DNA from: Minisyncoccota bacterium
Lineage (GTDB): Bacteria; Patescibacteriota; Minisyncoccia; Phycocordibacterales; UBA9973
Assembly (NCBI GenBank): GCA_017991395.1
Contig: JAGOQQ010000004.1
Location: 32,430 to 96,429 of the forward strand
Length of the DNA: 64,000 nucleotides
Reading direction: 5' to 3'
In this document: piece after piece, positions 28,452 to 39,121 of the stretch
Position numbering within the stretch: the stretch's first letter is position 1
How the letters are laid out: each line of letters starts with the position of its first letter
Translations under genes and position numbers: made by a program
The notes under the pieces: generated by a model
What the model saw: the letters and a program-made list of their open reading frames with translations, nothing else
What the model was told of the DNA's origin: nothing
Database searches by the model: none

Positions 28452-29066
28452 TTATCCTCGATTCTTAAGTGCATTCATTATTGTATCTCTATCCGAATAC
28501 TCAAGCTCGGTGCCTGTCGAAAGTCCTCGTCCGAGGCTCGATAATTCGATTCCACTGTTTTCAAACAAAGAATTCAAGCTTTCTCGTACATATGTATCTG
28601 TGTGATCACCTTGAGGACTCAATGAAAATGCTAAAATTACTTCTTTTAAGACACCTGAATCTTTGTCTTTTTGAATTCGTGTTTTGAGTTCATTTATTCG
28701 TACACGTCTCGGTGTAGACTTTTCAACGATAGGCACAAGTCCGCCGAGAACAAAATATCTGCCATTGTACGAACCACTTTTTTTAATACTTTCCAAGTCT
28801 GCATCTTTTTCTACCACAAGAAGAAGTGAATCATCACGCTTTATTTCTGCACACTCATTGCAAATAACTTTTCCGTTAATCTGAAAATATCTATAACACT
28901 TTGAACATTGCCCAATCGATTTCTTTATTTCGGTGAGCGTCTGCGCGAGACTATTGAGATACCCTTGATCTTGAAGGAGCAAGAAATAGACAAAACGCTT
29001 GGCTTGTCTCTCGCCAATTCCAGGGAAGTGTGAAAATAATTCTGCAAGTCGATCGATTGGGTTCAT
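28452..29066 (-). CDS. recR: Recombination protein RecR
   Basis: HhH N-terminus FPGIGERQAKRFVYFLL, C4 zinc finger CSKCYRYFQINGKVICNEC, and Toprim domain. Confidence 0.9.
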   Translation of the reverse strand: MNPIDRLAELFSHFPGIGERQAKRFVYFLLLQDQGYLNSLAQTLTEIKKSIGQCSKCYRYFQINGKVICNECAEIKRDDSLLLVVEKDADLESIKKSGSYNGRYFVLGGLVPIVEKSTPRRVRINELKTRIQKDKDSGVLKEVILAFSLSPQGDHTDTYVRESLNSLFENSGIELSSLGRGLSTGTELEYSDRDTIMNALKNRG

Positions 29067-29167
29067 TGAAAGTTGTCAGTTGTTAGATTTTAGTTGTTAG
29101 TAGATACTTTAGATATAATAATATATTTTTTTCACTTTTTTTAAGAAAAAAATTCTTATAATTCATT

Positions 29168-29209
29168 CTTACCCCTCCGCCCTTCGGGCACCTCCCCTCA
29201 AGGGGAGGC
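29168..29209 (+). repeat. GC-rich two-hairpin repeat element, copy D
   Basis: cttacccctccgcccttcgggcacctcccctcaaggggaggc, followed by a degenerate word array (atccgcg/atccgtg/tctagt). Confidence 0.7.
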
Positions 29210-29294
29210 TTCATACATCCGCGACCATCCGTGGCTCATATCCGTGTAAAATCCGCGTCTAGTCAGCGTTAAATCTGCGTCTAGTTCGCGACTG

Positions 29295-30695
29295 CTAGAA
29301 TTCATCCAATGCACTCTTTGGTGTCGCGGTTGAGGCATAATCTCCGAGATTGCTTTTTTCAAGTGAAAGGAAGCTTGTAGTATTTCCGTCGAAGTAAAGT
29401 TGTACAGAACCAGTTGGACCATTTCTGTGTTTTTCAATGAGAATTTCCGCAATGTTTGTGCGTTCTGATTCGTCTTTGTATTTGTCCTCGCGGTGAATAA
29501 ACATCACTACGTCGGCGTCCTGTTCGATAGATCCAGAGTCTCGAAGGTCAGAGAGTCTCGGCTTTCCACCACGTTGTTCCACTGCACGAGAAAGCTGAGA
29601 AAGTGCAATCACTGGCACATCAAGTTCACGAGCGAGCTGTTTGAGTGAGCGAGAAATTTCTGTTACCTGATTCACCATTGAGTCATGATTTTTTGCAGTT
29701 GTCATGAGCTGGAGATAGTCGACAATAATCATATCGAGACCATACTGACTTTTGAGGCGACGTGCAGCGGCACGCATTTGGTTGATTGAGTTCCCGGCTT
29801 GGTCGTCGATGTATATTGGTGCTTTCGAAAGTTTGTCGAGTGATTCACGAATTTGAAGAAAGTCTTGGTCTTTCAAATTTTGACCTGTTCGAATACTCCA
29901 TGCACTTACGCGTGATTCAGAAGAAAGAAGACGCGAAGCGAGTTGCTGAGAACTCATTTCAAGAGAAAATATTCCCACCTTTGAACCGTACTCTGTAGCT
30001 GATCGTCGTGCAATATCTAGTGCGAGTGTCGTTTTCCCCACAGAAGGACGCGCAGCGAGTATGATTAGGTCAGAACGTTGAAATCCTGCAAGAAATCCAT
30101 CAAGTTCCAAATATCCAGATGGTATTCCACGTACTTCTCCTTTGTTTTCGATGAGCTTGTTGAGCTGTTCAAATGTTTGCGTGAGAGATTCTTTGATGCC
30201 TACGAAATTGTGCTTTTTATTTACAGATTGAGTAACGCCGAAAATAGTTTTCTCCGCAGTGTCGAGCACATCAGACACAGGAACATCTGTTTCTTTGAAT
30301 CCAAGCTCGGCCACAGTGTCACCCGCAACAATTAGATTTCGAAGTGTTGCTTTTTTGTGAACAATTTCGGCATAGTACACGACGTTTGTTGAAGAAGGAA
30401 CACTTGAGGTGAGTTCCGTCAGGTATGCATTTCCACCTGTTTGTTCAAGTACGCCTTTGTCTTTGAGTCTTGTTGAAAGTGAAAGCAGGTCAATCGGCTC
30501 GTTTCTTTGTGAAAGCTCAGCCATTGTGCGGTATATGATTTGATTTCGTTCACTATAAAAATCTTCGGGCACTAGAAGCTCATTGATCTCGTGCATTGAG
30601 CCAGCACGCATCATAACAGAGCCAAGAACAGCCTTTTCTGAATCAAGACTTTGAGGAGGTATTCGCAAGTGCGGGTCACGACGTTCTTTTGACAT
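29295..30695 (-). CDS. dnaB: Replicative DNA helicase DnaB
   Basis: N-terminal domain (PPQSLDSEKAVLGSVMM), Walker A ARPSVGKTTLALDIA, and the RecA-like core. Confidence 0.95.
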   Translation of the reverse strand: MSKERRDPHLRIPPQSLDSEKAVLGSVMMRAGSMHEINELLVPEDFYSERNQIIYRTMAELSQRNEPIDLLSLSTRLKDKGVLEQTGGNAYLTELTSSVPSSTNVVYYAEIVHKKATLRNLIVAGDTVAELGFKETDVPVSDVLDTAEKTIFGVTQSVNKKHNFVGIKESLTQTFEQLNKLIENKGEVRGIPSGYLELDGFLAGFQRSDLIILAARPSVGKTTLALDIARRSATEYGSKVGIFSLEMSSQQLASRLLSSESRVSAWSIRTGQNLKDQDFLQIRESLDKLSKAPIYIDDQAGNSINQMRAAARRLKSQYGLDMIIVDYLQLMTTAKNHDSMVNQVTEISRSLKQLARELDVPVIALSQLSRAVEQRGGKPRLSDLRDSGSIEQDADVVMFIHREDKYKDESERTNIAEILIEKHRNGPTGSVQLYFDGNTTSFLSLEKSNLGDYASTATPKSALDEF

Positions 30696-30888
30696 GGGTG
30701 TATTGTACCACCCAGGGTTCGAGCAAGAGAACTTGTCAAAGAGGAAAAGTGTGTGCGTATACTGTGGACAAACATATTGGCGTGATTTGTCCTTATAAAT
30801 CGTTTGATCTTTGCTTGATTTAGAGCAAAGTTTGACTTAACCGAGCTCAAGAGGCATAATTGTGTAAACGATCCTAACACAAAATCAT

Positions 30889-31428
30889 ATGAAAGATTCC
30901 GGACTCACTACGGAAGTACAAACCAGCACACGGTTCACAATTGTTCCACTGATCTCGATCTCTGATCAAGTATCTGTCGGCAACACCACACTTGTGGTGC
31001 GACTTACAGACATTGGCATGTTTGAAAAAAATCATCGCGACTCGATTGGTATGCTCGATCTCCATCGGGGAAGTCCATCACATTCAATCCACATTGGACT
31101 TGGTCATCACTTGCACAATTCGCATTCTGAAGCAGTACTGCTTCTTCAAAAATTGCGAAGTTCGGATTTTAAAATCAAAAGTGTCACTGGATTGTGCGTA
31201 GGGAAAACTCCTGAAAACATTTCAGAAATCGCACATCTAAAAAATTCGGATGCTCATGTATTGATAAAGGAGGCTAGTCTTCCAAGAGATCAACACGCAA
31301 ATTTTTTGCTTGGAATTGTTACGCAAGACAGTACGGGCAAAAGTATTTCAAACAAAGAGTTTTGGAATTTGTCAGACATGGTTTCAAAGACATTACAAAA
31401 TTGTTTTCCCGAAGTCATCATTTGTTAA
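30889..31428 (+). CDS. Hypothetical protein (atypical His/Ser-rich composition) in a self-contained transcription unit
   Basis: Promoter TTGACT-N17-CATAAT at 30832-30860 and terminator hairpin ccgcagagtattatgggactctgcgg plus T-run at 31455-31500. No Shine-Dalgarno sequence, and coding status is uncertain. Confidence 0.3.
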   Translation: MKDSGLTTEVQTSTRFTIVPLISISDQVSVGNTTLVVRLTDIGMFEKNHRDSIGMLDLHRGSPSHSIHIGLGHHLHNSHSEAVLLLQKLRSSDFKIKSVTGLCVGKTPENISEIAHLKNSDAHVLIKEASLPRDQHANFLLGIVTQDSTGKSISNKEFWNLSDMVSKTLQNCFPEVIIC

Positions 31429-31523
31429 GGTTGGTCAAGTATTGACTAAGAGAAAACACACCGCAGAGTATTATGGGACTCTGCGGCTTTTTTATTTTTT
31501 ATAAAATTTGATACTATATATGT

Positions 31524-32528
31524 ATGTCAAAACAATCTATTGTACTCACAGGTGATCGCCCTACTGGAAAACTCCATTTGGGGCATTTTGTCGGTTCTAT
31601 CCAAAATCGCATCGAGCTTCAAGCCAAACACGATACAGTCTTTTATATGATTGCCGATGTGCAAGCGCTCACCGACAACGCCGAAAATCCAGACAAAGTG
31701 CGCAACAACGTACTCGAAGTCGCCCTCGACAATATTGCGTGTGGAGTGGATCCATCAAAAACTATTTTCTTTATTCAATCTCAAGTTCCTGAAATCGCCG
31801 AACTCACAATATTTTTTATGAATCTTGTAACTCTCGCTCGGCTCAAAAGAAATCCTACGGTCAAAAATGAAATGAAGCAAAAAGGATACGATGAAGACGT
31901 GCCTGCAGGTTTTTTGTGCTATCCAATTTCTCAAACAGCCGATATTCTCGCATTCAAAGCAAATATTATTCCTGTAGGAGAAGACCAGCTTCCAGTGATT
32001 GAGCAAGCAAATGAAATTGGCCACAAGTTCAACACACTCTACCAAGATATTTTCCCAAAGATTGAACCAGTAGTTAGTAAAACTTCACGACTGATGGGGC
32101 TTGACGGCAATGCAAAAATGTCAAAATCTCTCAACAACGCAATTTATCTTTCTGATTCTCCAGAAGAAATTGAGGCGAAGGTCAATCAAATGTATACGGA
32201 CCCAAATCATATCCGAGTGGAAGATCCAGGAAAAGTAGAAGGGAATGTAGTCTTTCAATACCTCGATATTTTTGACACTAACAAGGAAGAAGTTGCCGAA
32301 CTCAAATCACAATACGAAAAGGGTGGACTTGGTGATGTGGTTCTCAAGCGACGTCTCACTGCAATTCTCCAAGACATCATCAACCCAATTCGTGAACAAC
32401 GTGAATATCTCGCAAAGAATCCAAAGGAAATAATGGAAATTTTGGAAAAGGGAACTCAAAAAGCGCGTGAATACGCAAAAGAAACTCTTGCCGAAGCAAA
32501 AAGAGCAATGAAAATTGAGTATTTTTAG
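31524..32528 (+). CDS. trpS: Tryptophanyl-tRNA synthetase
   Basis: TGDRPTGKLHLGHFVG (HIGH region) and KMSKSLNN (KMSKS). Confidence 0.95.
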   Translation: MSKQSIVLTGDRPTGKLHLGHFVGSIQNRIELQAKHDTVFYMIADVQALTDNAENPDKVRNNVLEVALDNIACGVDPSKTIFFIQSQVPEIAELTIFFMNLVTLARLKRNPTVKNEMKQKGYDEDVPAGFLCYPISQTADILAFKANIIPVGEDQLPVIEQANEIGHKFNTLYQDIFPKIEPVVSKTSRLMGLDGNAKMSKSLNNAIYLSDSPEEIEAKVNQMYTDPNHIRVEDPGKVEGNVVFQYLDIFDTNKEEVAELKSQYEKGGLGDVVLKRRLTAILQDIINPIREQREYLAKNPKEIMEILEKGTQKAREYAKETLAEAKRAMKIEYF

Positions 32529-32595
32529 CATATTTCACCTTTGACAAAATGGTATTTCTGTGCTATTATGTACTTAGACAAAAACACCTCGACAT

Positions 32596-34431
32596 ATGAA
32601 TAACAAAGAAAAAGAAACAAAGAAGCTCGACTTCAATGATTACAAAGTCGGTACAAAAATTATTTGGAATGAGATAGTATCTCGTTACAAAAAAGGTACT
32701 TATGTACTTATTTTTGCAGCTGTATTGATTGCAATTGGAGATGGTGTTGTGCCACTTATATCTGGAAGGTTTTTTGATTCACTCAATTTACTTTCAGGTC
32801 AAGCTGGTACTCCACTTACACTAAACAATTCGGTATGGATTTCACTTCTAACACTTTTGGCATTTACTGCACTGTCAGCATTTGGTCAAAGGTGGAGTGG
32901 TGTTGCGCGCGAAAAAGCGTGGTATAAGATTTTTACCTCATACCTTGCAGATGGCGCACGAAAATTGACTAGACTTCCGATGTCTTTTCACAACAACAAC
33001 CCAATATCCGAAGTTGATCAAAAAATGATTCGTTCAGGAAATAATCTCTCACAGATGTTTGGAGATGTCATTTTGGAGTTGTTGCCCGCGTTTCTCAGTA
33101 TTATTGTTGCAACAATAGCTATCTTTAGTATCAATTTGCATTTGGCTCTAATTATTATTATTGGAGTCACAATCTATGTATTGATTCTTATAAGAACAGT
33201 TGGGCAAGGTGCTGAATTACAGCGCGAAAATCACAAAGCATGGATTCATGCATGGAGACAACAATCAGATGGTATTTCAAACATCTCAACAGTCAAGCAA
33301 TTTAGTGCGGAAGAGTATGAAGACAAGAAGAATCGAAAGAACTTTATTGATGGAGCATACGGTACACAACTCAAGCTGATTAATCTTTGGAAAAAGATTT
33401 CACTTTGGCAACGTATCATCGTGCTTTTCTCTCAATTTCTTGTACTGACACTATCGGTAGTTTTTATTCAAAAAGGACTACTTAGTGTGGGAAAAGTAAT
33501 TGCACTCAATGCCTATATTGGAATGATGTTTGGACCGTTTATGCGACTTGGAAACATGTGGCGAACTATCCAAAATTCAATCATTTCGGTAACAGATGCT
33601 CACAAATTGCTTACGACAGAAGAGGAAGATTATGACAACAAAGATGCGATATCAAAAGAAATAAATGGAGATATTGAAATCAAAGACGTTGTATTCTTCC
33701 ATGACGAGCGAAAAATTATTCTTGACCAGCTAACTACAAGTGTTAAAAGTGGACAAAAGATAGCACTTGTGGGAGAAACTGGTTCCGGTAAAACTTCACT
33801 AATAGAACTGATCTATAGATTCTACTCACCCAACAGTGGTTCAATCATTATTGATGGTGTACCTATCGAGAAGTACAATTTGCAAAACCTTCGTTCACAA
33901 ATCGGCGTAGTGCCTCAAGAGCCTGTATTGTTTGATACATCAATCCTTCACAACATTACCTATCCACACAATAATGTGCCAATGGAAAAAGTAATTGAAG
34001 CAGCGAAAAAAGCGGAGTTGTTTAACTTTATTGATGAACAACCGGACAAATGGGAAACGATAGTGGGTGATCGAGGCGTCAAACTCTCTGGAGGTCAGAA
34101 GCAACGTGTTGCGATTGCTCGTGCAATTATTGGCAACCCGCGAATCTTGATTCTCGACGAATCAACTTCTGCGCTTGATGCAAAGACTCAACACAGTATC
34201 GAAAAGGCACTTGATGAGCTGATGGAAGGTCGTACGACATTCATCGTAGCTCACCGACTAAGTGCAGTGCGAAATGCGGATGTGATTTGCGTACTTCACA
34301 AAGGACGCATTATCGAACAGGGAACGCATAAAGAACTTATGCAAATTCCTGATGGTAAATACCGAACTTTGTACGATCTTCAGTTTCAAGAGACAAAACT
34401 TGTTGAAGAAGAGGACAAAGTACTGGAATAA
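32596..34431 (+). CDS. ABC exporter, fused permease/ATPase
   Basis: Six-helix transmembrane domain. Walker A GETGSGKTS, signature LSGGQKQRVAIARA, Walker B ILILDE. Promoter TTGACA-N17-TATTAT upstream, and terminator at 34449-34478. Confidence 0.85.
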   Translation: MNNKEKETKKLDFNDYKVGTKIIWNEIVSRYKKGTYVLIFAAVLIAIGDGVVPLISGRFFDSLNLLSGQAGTPLTLNNSVWISLLTLLAFTALSAFGQRWSGVAREKAWYKIFTSYLADGARKLTRLPMSFHNNNPISEVDQKMIRSGNNLSQMFGDVILELLPAFLSIIVATIAIFSINLHLALIIIIGVTIYVLILIRTVGQGAELQRENHKAWIHAWRQQSDGISNISTVKQFSAEEYEDKKNRKNFIDGAYGTQLKLINLWKKISLWQRIIVLFSQFLVLTLSVVFIQKGLLSVGKVIALNAYIGMMFGPFMRLGNMWRTIQNSIISVTDAHKLLTTEEEDYDNKDAISKEINGDIEIKDVVFFHDERKIILDQLTTSVKSGQKIALVGETGSGKTSLIELIYRFYSPNSGSIIIDGVPIEKYNLQNLRSQIGVVPQEPVLFDTSILHNITYPHNNVPMEKVIEAAKKAELFNFIDEQPDKWETIVGDRGVKLSGGQKQRVAIARAIIGNPRILILDESTSALDAKTQHSIEKALDELMEGRTTFIVAHRLSAVRNADVICVLHKGRIIEQGTHKELMQIPDGKYRTLYDLQFQETKLVEEEDKVLE

Positions 34432-34478
34432 TCCTTGTATCAAAAAAAATAAAGCCACTCAATTTGAGTGGCTTTTTC

Positions 34479-35081
34479 TTACTTTTTCTTCAAAATTATA
34501 TCTCTCAACGACCGACAAACTTTATTTGCATCACCAACTGGAATCTTGTTATATGAGTAACGAGCATCGGTTCTGAGTGTGTCCAGCACAGAATCAATCC
34601 AAAAAAATTTATCAGATTGTTCATAATAATATGGGTTCGTACCTTTCCATGCAAACTGCGGATTTGTATCATAATCTCTCGCAATAAGCCCTACGGGTAT
34701 TCCATATCGTACAGCCCAGGCAATCACACCAATTCCATGAATATCTAATTCTTTCGCAAACTCATCTCGTCGTAAAAATAAATCAGTAATTATTCCATCA
34801 GGAAGTTTTTTTACTTTTGGTCTTGTTTCGGGAATTGGTATTTTCTTTGAAGCATCTTGCGGGTCAGTTTCATTTCTAGGTATTAATCTGTCTAAAAAAA
34901 CATTATGGTTCAGTGGAGTCTTCATGTGATTTTCAAAATCTTGGATTGTTTCAATTACAACCGGATTGGCTTCTGTATGAGTACCCAATAAGAAGAAACT
35001 CATTCTTTCCAATGTTTCCTCCAATAACTCACCTTTTCTGCTCGAAACTAGAATTACATTTAGTTTTTTACTTGATTCCAT
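34479..35081 (-). CDS. Hypothetical protein
   Basis: ORF with no confident family assignment. Confidence 0.4.
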   Translation of the reverse strand: MESSKKLNVILVSSRKGELLEETLERMSFFLLGTHTEANPVVIETIQDFENHMKTPLNHNVFLDRLIPRNETDPQDASKKIPIPETRPKVKKLPDGIITDLFLRRDEFAKELDIHGIGVIAWAVRYGIPVGLIARDYDTNPQFAWKGTNPYYYEQSDKFFWIDSVLDTLRTDARYSYNKIPVGDANKVCRSLRDIILKKK

Positions 35082-35218
35082 TTGTATATGTTTTTATGGT
35101 TTTCAATATTTTATCAATGTATTTATGTTTTGTCAATAGCAGTCAAAATTTAAGATTGTAAAAATTTATTCTTTGACAAATATGGACATTTTATGTAGTA
35201 TGGGCAAAAACATAGCAC

Positions 35219-35758
35219 ATGATAGAGATACTAACCACATTTGCTTTCTTTGCCCTATTCGTAATATTGGCAATAAAGCTATTGAACGGCAGAGTTCAAA
35301 TTCAAACAGCACAATCACTCGAAGTAATTGATGAATTGCATAAACCACTTCAGATTCTATGGCTTAAATCAAATTTTTTCAGCGAATTTCAACAATCAGC
35401 ACTTCGTAGAATTGCGAAAAAAGATTCTGTGCAAATTGAACGCATGATAACTCTTGATCAAAAACTTGAAATGTTCTTCAAGTACAAAAATTCAAAGGCG
35501 GTCAATCAAAACAAAGCGATTTATATGGAGACCATTGGATTGATTAGCAAATCAGTACTTGCAGGAATTATCGACAGCATGTCGAAAGAAAACTTTACTG
35601 AAACAGTTGAATTGTACAACCGAATTGAACAGTCAGGCAAAGTCTATCCACCAACAAAGGAAATGTACAACAAAATTCAAAATTTCTTTGAATTGACGCA
35701 TCATGATTTCAATTCGCAAACAATCTACAAACAGTTTCGGTTAAAGTATCGAAACTGA
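35219..35758 (+). CDS. Hypothetical protein with N-terminal membrane helix
   Basis: Hydrophobic N-terminus FAFFALFVILAIKLL. Terminator hairpin ggcaatgattattaaatcattgcc at 35760-35792. Confidence 0.4.
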   Translation: MIEILTTFAFFALFVILAIKLLNGRVQIQTAQSLEVIDELHKPLQILWLKSNFFSEFQQSALRRIAKKDSVQIERMITLDQKLEMFFKYKNSKAVNQNKAIYMETIGLISKSVLAGIIDSMSKENFTETVELYNRIEQSGKVYPPTKEMYNKIQNFFELTHHDFNSQTIYKQFRLKYRN

Positions 35759-35932
35759 CGGCAATGATTATTAAATCATTGCCGTTTTATTTTTCCGAAA
35801 TAATATTGTATACTTGTAGTACCAATGAACCGGCTGACACCGGGGAGGACAGAGGAAGAAAGTCATATCGTGATGAGTAGAACCTCTCGTACCTGCAACG
35901 TTATGCAGAGAAATTAGCCCCTCACAACTTTT

Positions 35933-36190
35933 ATGTATTATGTGTATGTTTTAAAAAGTACTGTTGATGAAAAATTGTACATCGGGTTTACAGGTGATCT
36001 AAGAAGACGGTTTCAAGAGCACAACTCGGGTAAATCAACTTCAACATCATACAGAAGACCTTTAGTCCTTGTATACTACGAAGCATACACTTCTCGTGCT
36101 GACGCTTTCGAACGGGAAAGAAAGCTTAAGCATTTCCAAAATTCTTATAAGCAACTCAAGAAAAGAATTGGAAGAAGTATAGAATTATAA
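35933..36190 (+). CDS. GIY-YIG nuclease-family small protein
   Basis: YYVYVL...KLYIGFTGDLRRRFQEHN is the GIY-YIG motif. Confidence 0.7.
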   Translation: MYYVYVLKSTVDEKLYIGFTGDLRRRFQEHNSGKSTSTSYRRPLVLVYYEAYTSRADAFERERKLKHFQNSYKQLKKRIGRSIEL

Positions 36191-36309
36191 AAGTTGTGGG
36201 GGGAGAAAGTAGGGTGGCACCGCGACCAAAAATCGCCCCTGCGAATTTATTATTATTTGATAAGTTCGAAGAGGCGATTTTTTGTATCTCTTCGCAAAAA
36301 AAAAAATAT

Positions 36310-37665
36310 ATGAGTAAAAGAATTTATATCAAAGACCTTTCAACACACAAAGGTGAAGAAGTTCTAATCAAGGGATGGGTTCATGTTCGTCGTGATCAAG
36401 GAAAAATGATCTTTTTTGATTTTCGTGATATGACAGGGATAATTCAAGGTGTAATACTTTCACAAAATATCGAAACACTCGAGATTGGAAAACAATTGCG
36501 ACAAGAATGTGTAGTTGAGGTTACAGGAAAAGTGAACGAACGTCCACCGAAGAATATTAATCCCGAAGTAGTAAATGGTGAAATAGAATTGGAAATTCTA
36601 ACTATCAAAATATTGGCAATGGCTGAGACGTTACCATTTGATATGTCATTGGATGGATTTAATCTTGACCTGACAACAGAGCTCAACAACCGAGCACTCA
36701 CACTTCGTCATCCAAAAATTCAGGCAATCTTCAAGATAAAAGAAACAATAATTGATTCGTTTAGAACATGCATGAAAAATAATATGTTCTTTGAATTTCA
36801 AGCACCAAGTATTGTACCGGCTACCGCAGAAGGTGGTGCTGAAGTTTTTAAAATTAACTATTTCAACAAAGAAGCCTATCTATCGCAGTCTCCTCAACTT
36901 TATAAACAAATAGTAATGACAGCGTTTGAGAGATGTTTTTCAGTAAACAAGGTCTTTCGGGCTGAACCAAGTTCGACTACTCGCCATATTACAGAAATTG
37001 TTTCGCTTGATGCTGAGATGGCATTTATAGAAAGCTGGACTGATGTCAAAGATATGGCAGAGGAGACAATTCGCTTCATTATCGATGAGATAAAAAGAAA
37101 AAATAGTGCGGAGCTAAAAATGCTCGACGTTGAACTTCCTACAATGATTGACTCAACTCCTACACTTTCACTCAGAGAAGCCCACCAAAAGATTTTTGAT
37201 GTGTATGGAAGAGACAACAGAGGAGACAAAGATCTTTCATCTCAAGATGAAGTAGAAATTTCTGAAATCATCAAAAAGGAAACTGGATCTGACTTCGTGT
37301 TTGTTTATGGGTATCCCACAAAACAAAAGCCATTTTATGTGTATCCAAACGAAGCCGAGCCGGAATACAATGAAGGAGTTGATTTGATCTGCCGAGGCCG
37401 TGAGCTTCTGTCTGGTGGACGACGTATCAACGACTACAATCAACTTACAAAGCATGTCACAGAATGGGGACTGGATCCAAAATCGATTTCTATGTTTCTG
37501 CAATCTTTCAAGTATGGAGTACCACCTGAAGGAGGTTTTGCTTTTGGGGCTGAAAGAATTACAATGCAGTTTCTAAATCTTGTAAATATTAGACAGGCAT
37601 GTATGTTCCCAAGAGATATGAACAGAATTGATGAGAGGTTGAATGACGACGAAAACGCATTCTAA
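36310..37665 (+). CDS. aspS: Class IIb aspartyl/asparaginyl-tRNA synthetase (archaeal/eukaryal-type AspRS-like)
   Basis: OB-fold N-terminus, QSPQLYKQ, FRAEPSSTTRHITE (motif 2), and GFAFGAERI (motif 3). Start moved to MSKRIY at 36310, which is preceded by a hairpin. Confidence 0.85.
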   Translation: MSKRIYIKDLSTHKGEEVLIKGWVHVRRDQGKMIFFDFRDMTGIIQGVILSQNIETLEIGKQLRQECVVEVTGKVNERPPKNINPEVVNGEIELEILTIKILAMAETLPFDMSLDGFNLDLTTELNNRALTLRHPKIQAIFKIKETIIDSFRTCMKNNMFFEFQAPSIVPATAEGGAEVFKINYFNKEAYLSQSPQLYKQIVMTAFERCFSVNKVFRAEPSSTTRHITEIVSLDAEMAFIESWTDVKDMAEETIRFIIDEIKRKNSAELKMLDVELPTMIDSTPTLSLREAHQKIFDVYGRDNRGDKDLSSQDEVEISEIIKKETGSDFVFVYGYPTKQKPFYVYPNEAEPEYNEGVDLICRGRELLSGGRRINDYNQLTKHVTEWGLDPKSISMFLQSFKYGVPPEGGFAFGAERITMQFLNLVNIRQACMFPRDMNRIDERLNDDENAF

Positions 37666-37738
37666 TACTTTGTATCATAGGAATAAAGCATAAAGAAAAG
37701 CCCCATTACGGGGCTTTTTTATTGCAACAATCATGAAA

Positions 37739-38047
37739 TTACATACCAGGAATGCTTATAGAATTAAAAATGTTTTTTGCATCAATGCTTGCATGTTTTG
37801 AATATCTTTGGATATCATGCCGGGTCAAATTAGTCTCTGATACAATTTTATCTATTTCATTTGAATCAGTATTTAGAAGATCACCGAGTTCAATTTTGGT
37901 TTCAAGGATTTTGTCTCGATTTTGATTTCGCCTAAACAACCACATTGTGAGTGTATAGTGGGTTTCCAAAACACGAATGTCTGGATTTGAAATAATTAAT
38001 TCATTGAGATTCTTTGATCGCTCGTTCGAAGTTCCTACAGTCATCAT
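37739..38047 (-). CDS. Hypothetical protein
   Basis: ORF only. Confidence 0.3.
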   Translation of the reverse strand: MMTVGTSNERSKNLNELIISNPDIRVLETHYTLTMWLFRRNQNRDKILETKIELGDLLNTDSNEIDKIVSETNLTRHDIQRYSKHASIDAKNIFNSISIPGM

Positions 38048-38097
38048 TTTTTTGTGTTTTTTAAGGTTTCAACTATTTATACAGTATTTCTATATGT

Positions 38098-38952
38098 GTG
38101 TCAATAATCGCAATTTGTCACTTACGCGATAGAATAGAGACAATGGAAACAACGGAAACGCTTTCATACAAAGTGAAGACGGCGGTCTTTGAAGGTCCTT
38201 TGGAGCTTCTTCTTTCACTTATCGAATCACGAAAGCTTTTCATCAACGAAATTTCTCTCGCTCAAGTCACCGAGGATTATATCTCGTATATTCGCACACT
38301 CAACGAACGTTCAATTAGTGATATCACAGGATTTATCGGTATCGCTGCGACACTCATACTCATCAAATCTCGCTCGCTTCTGCCGGGAATTGCTCTCACG
38401 CAGGATGAAGAAAAAAGTATTGTCGATCTCGAATCACGACTTCGCATGTACCAAGTTATCAAAGAGGTCAGTGAGGACATGAGAAGAGTGTATGGAAAAA
38501 ATATTATATTTACCGCACCGGATAAACGCACCATGTCATTTGAGGATTTATTTGTTCCTGATGAACGAATATCCACTCAGACAATGCTCACGTGTGCATA
38601 TGATGTCATTCATGCATTGCCCAAAAAGGAGGCTCCGCTCCCAAGTGTTGAAATAAAAAAGGTGTTTAGTATCGAAGAAATGATAGACTCGCTGACGTCC
38701 CGCATCACCAGTGCGATGAAAATGTCGTTCAAGGATTTTGCAGAAAGTCACTCTGGTGACGCTGAAACTCACAAAGAAAAAAAGGTGTATGTCATCGTGA
38801 GTTTTCTTGCTATGCTAGAACTTGTACGCCAAGGTCTCGTTGATGTAGTTCAACACAGCGCATTTGATGATATGGAAATTGTAAAATACGAAGAAATTAC
38901 AATTGAGAGAGTGGATGATTCAGAGGATGAACTCACCGACAGGCCTTCATAG
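38098..38952 (+). CDS. scpA: Segregation and condensation protein A
   Basis: FEGPLELLLSLIESRKLFINEISLAQVTEDYISYI is the ScpA N-terminus. Start may be the internal METTE at 38143. Confidence 0.8.
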   Translation: MSIIAICHLRDRIETMETTETLSYKVKTAVFEGPLELLLSLIESRKLFINEISLAQVTEDYISYIRTLNERSISDITGFIGIAATLILIKSRSLLPGIALTQDEEKSIVDLESRLRMYQVIKEVSEDMRRVYGKNIIFTAPDKRTMSFEDLFVPDERISTQTMLTCAYDVIHALPKKEAPLPSVEIKKVFSIEEMIDSLTSRITSAMKMSFKDFAESHSGDAETHKEKKVYVIVSFLAMLELVRQGLVDVVQHSAFDDMEIVKYEEITIERVDDSEDELTDRPS

Positions 38953-38957
38953 TGTGC

Positions 38958-39075
38958 TTTACCCCTCCGTCCTTCGGACACCTCCCCTCATAGGGGAGGC
39001 AAGAATCCAGGATTCTCGTGCTCAATGTTCTAGTGTCCCGTGATTTTACGCTCTACGCTCCACGTTCTACGTATT
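38958..39075 (+). repeat. GC-rich repeat element, copy E, with a 75-bp extension shared with copy F
   Basis: tttacccctccgtccttcggacacctcccctcataggggaggcaagaatccaggattctcgtgctcaatgttctagtg...cgctctacgctccacgttctacg. Confidence 0.7.
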
Positions 39076-39121
39076 ACGAATCTTCCTACTTCCTACTTAT
39101 TACTTACTACCAACTAACTTC

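Noticed and set aside
30700-31520. RNase P RNA or tmRNA in the large dnaB-trpS gap
   Set aside because: No GGAAAGTCCGG (P4), ACAGAACCCGGCTTA, tRNA-like GGTTCGA T-loop or CCA-adjacent acceptor pairing was found.
35800-35930. Possible small ncRNA (SRP 4.5S-like) in accggctgacaccggggaggacagaggaagaaag…
   Set aside because: It only loosely resembles the SRP domain IV GGAAGGAAGCAGC motif. No convincing complementary 3' strand or conserved GNRA-loop helix could be drawn.
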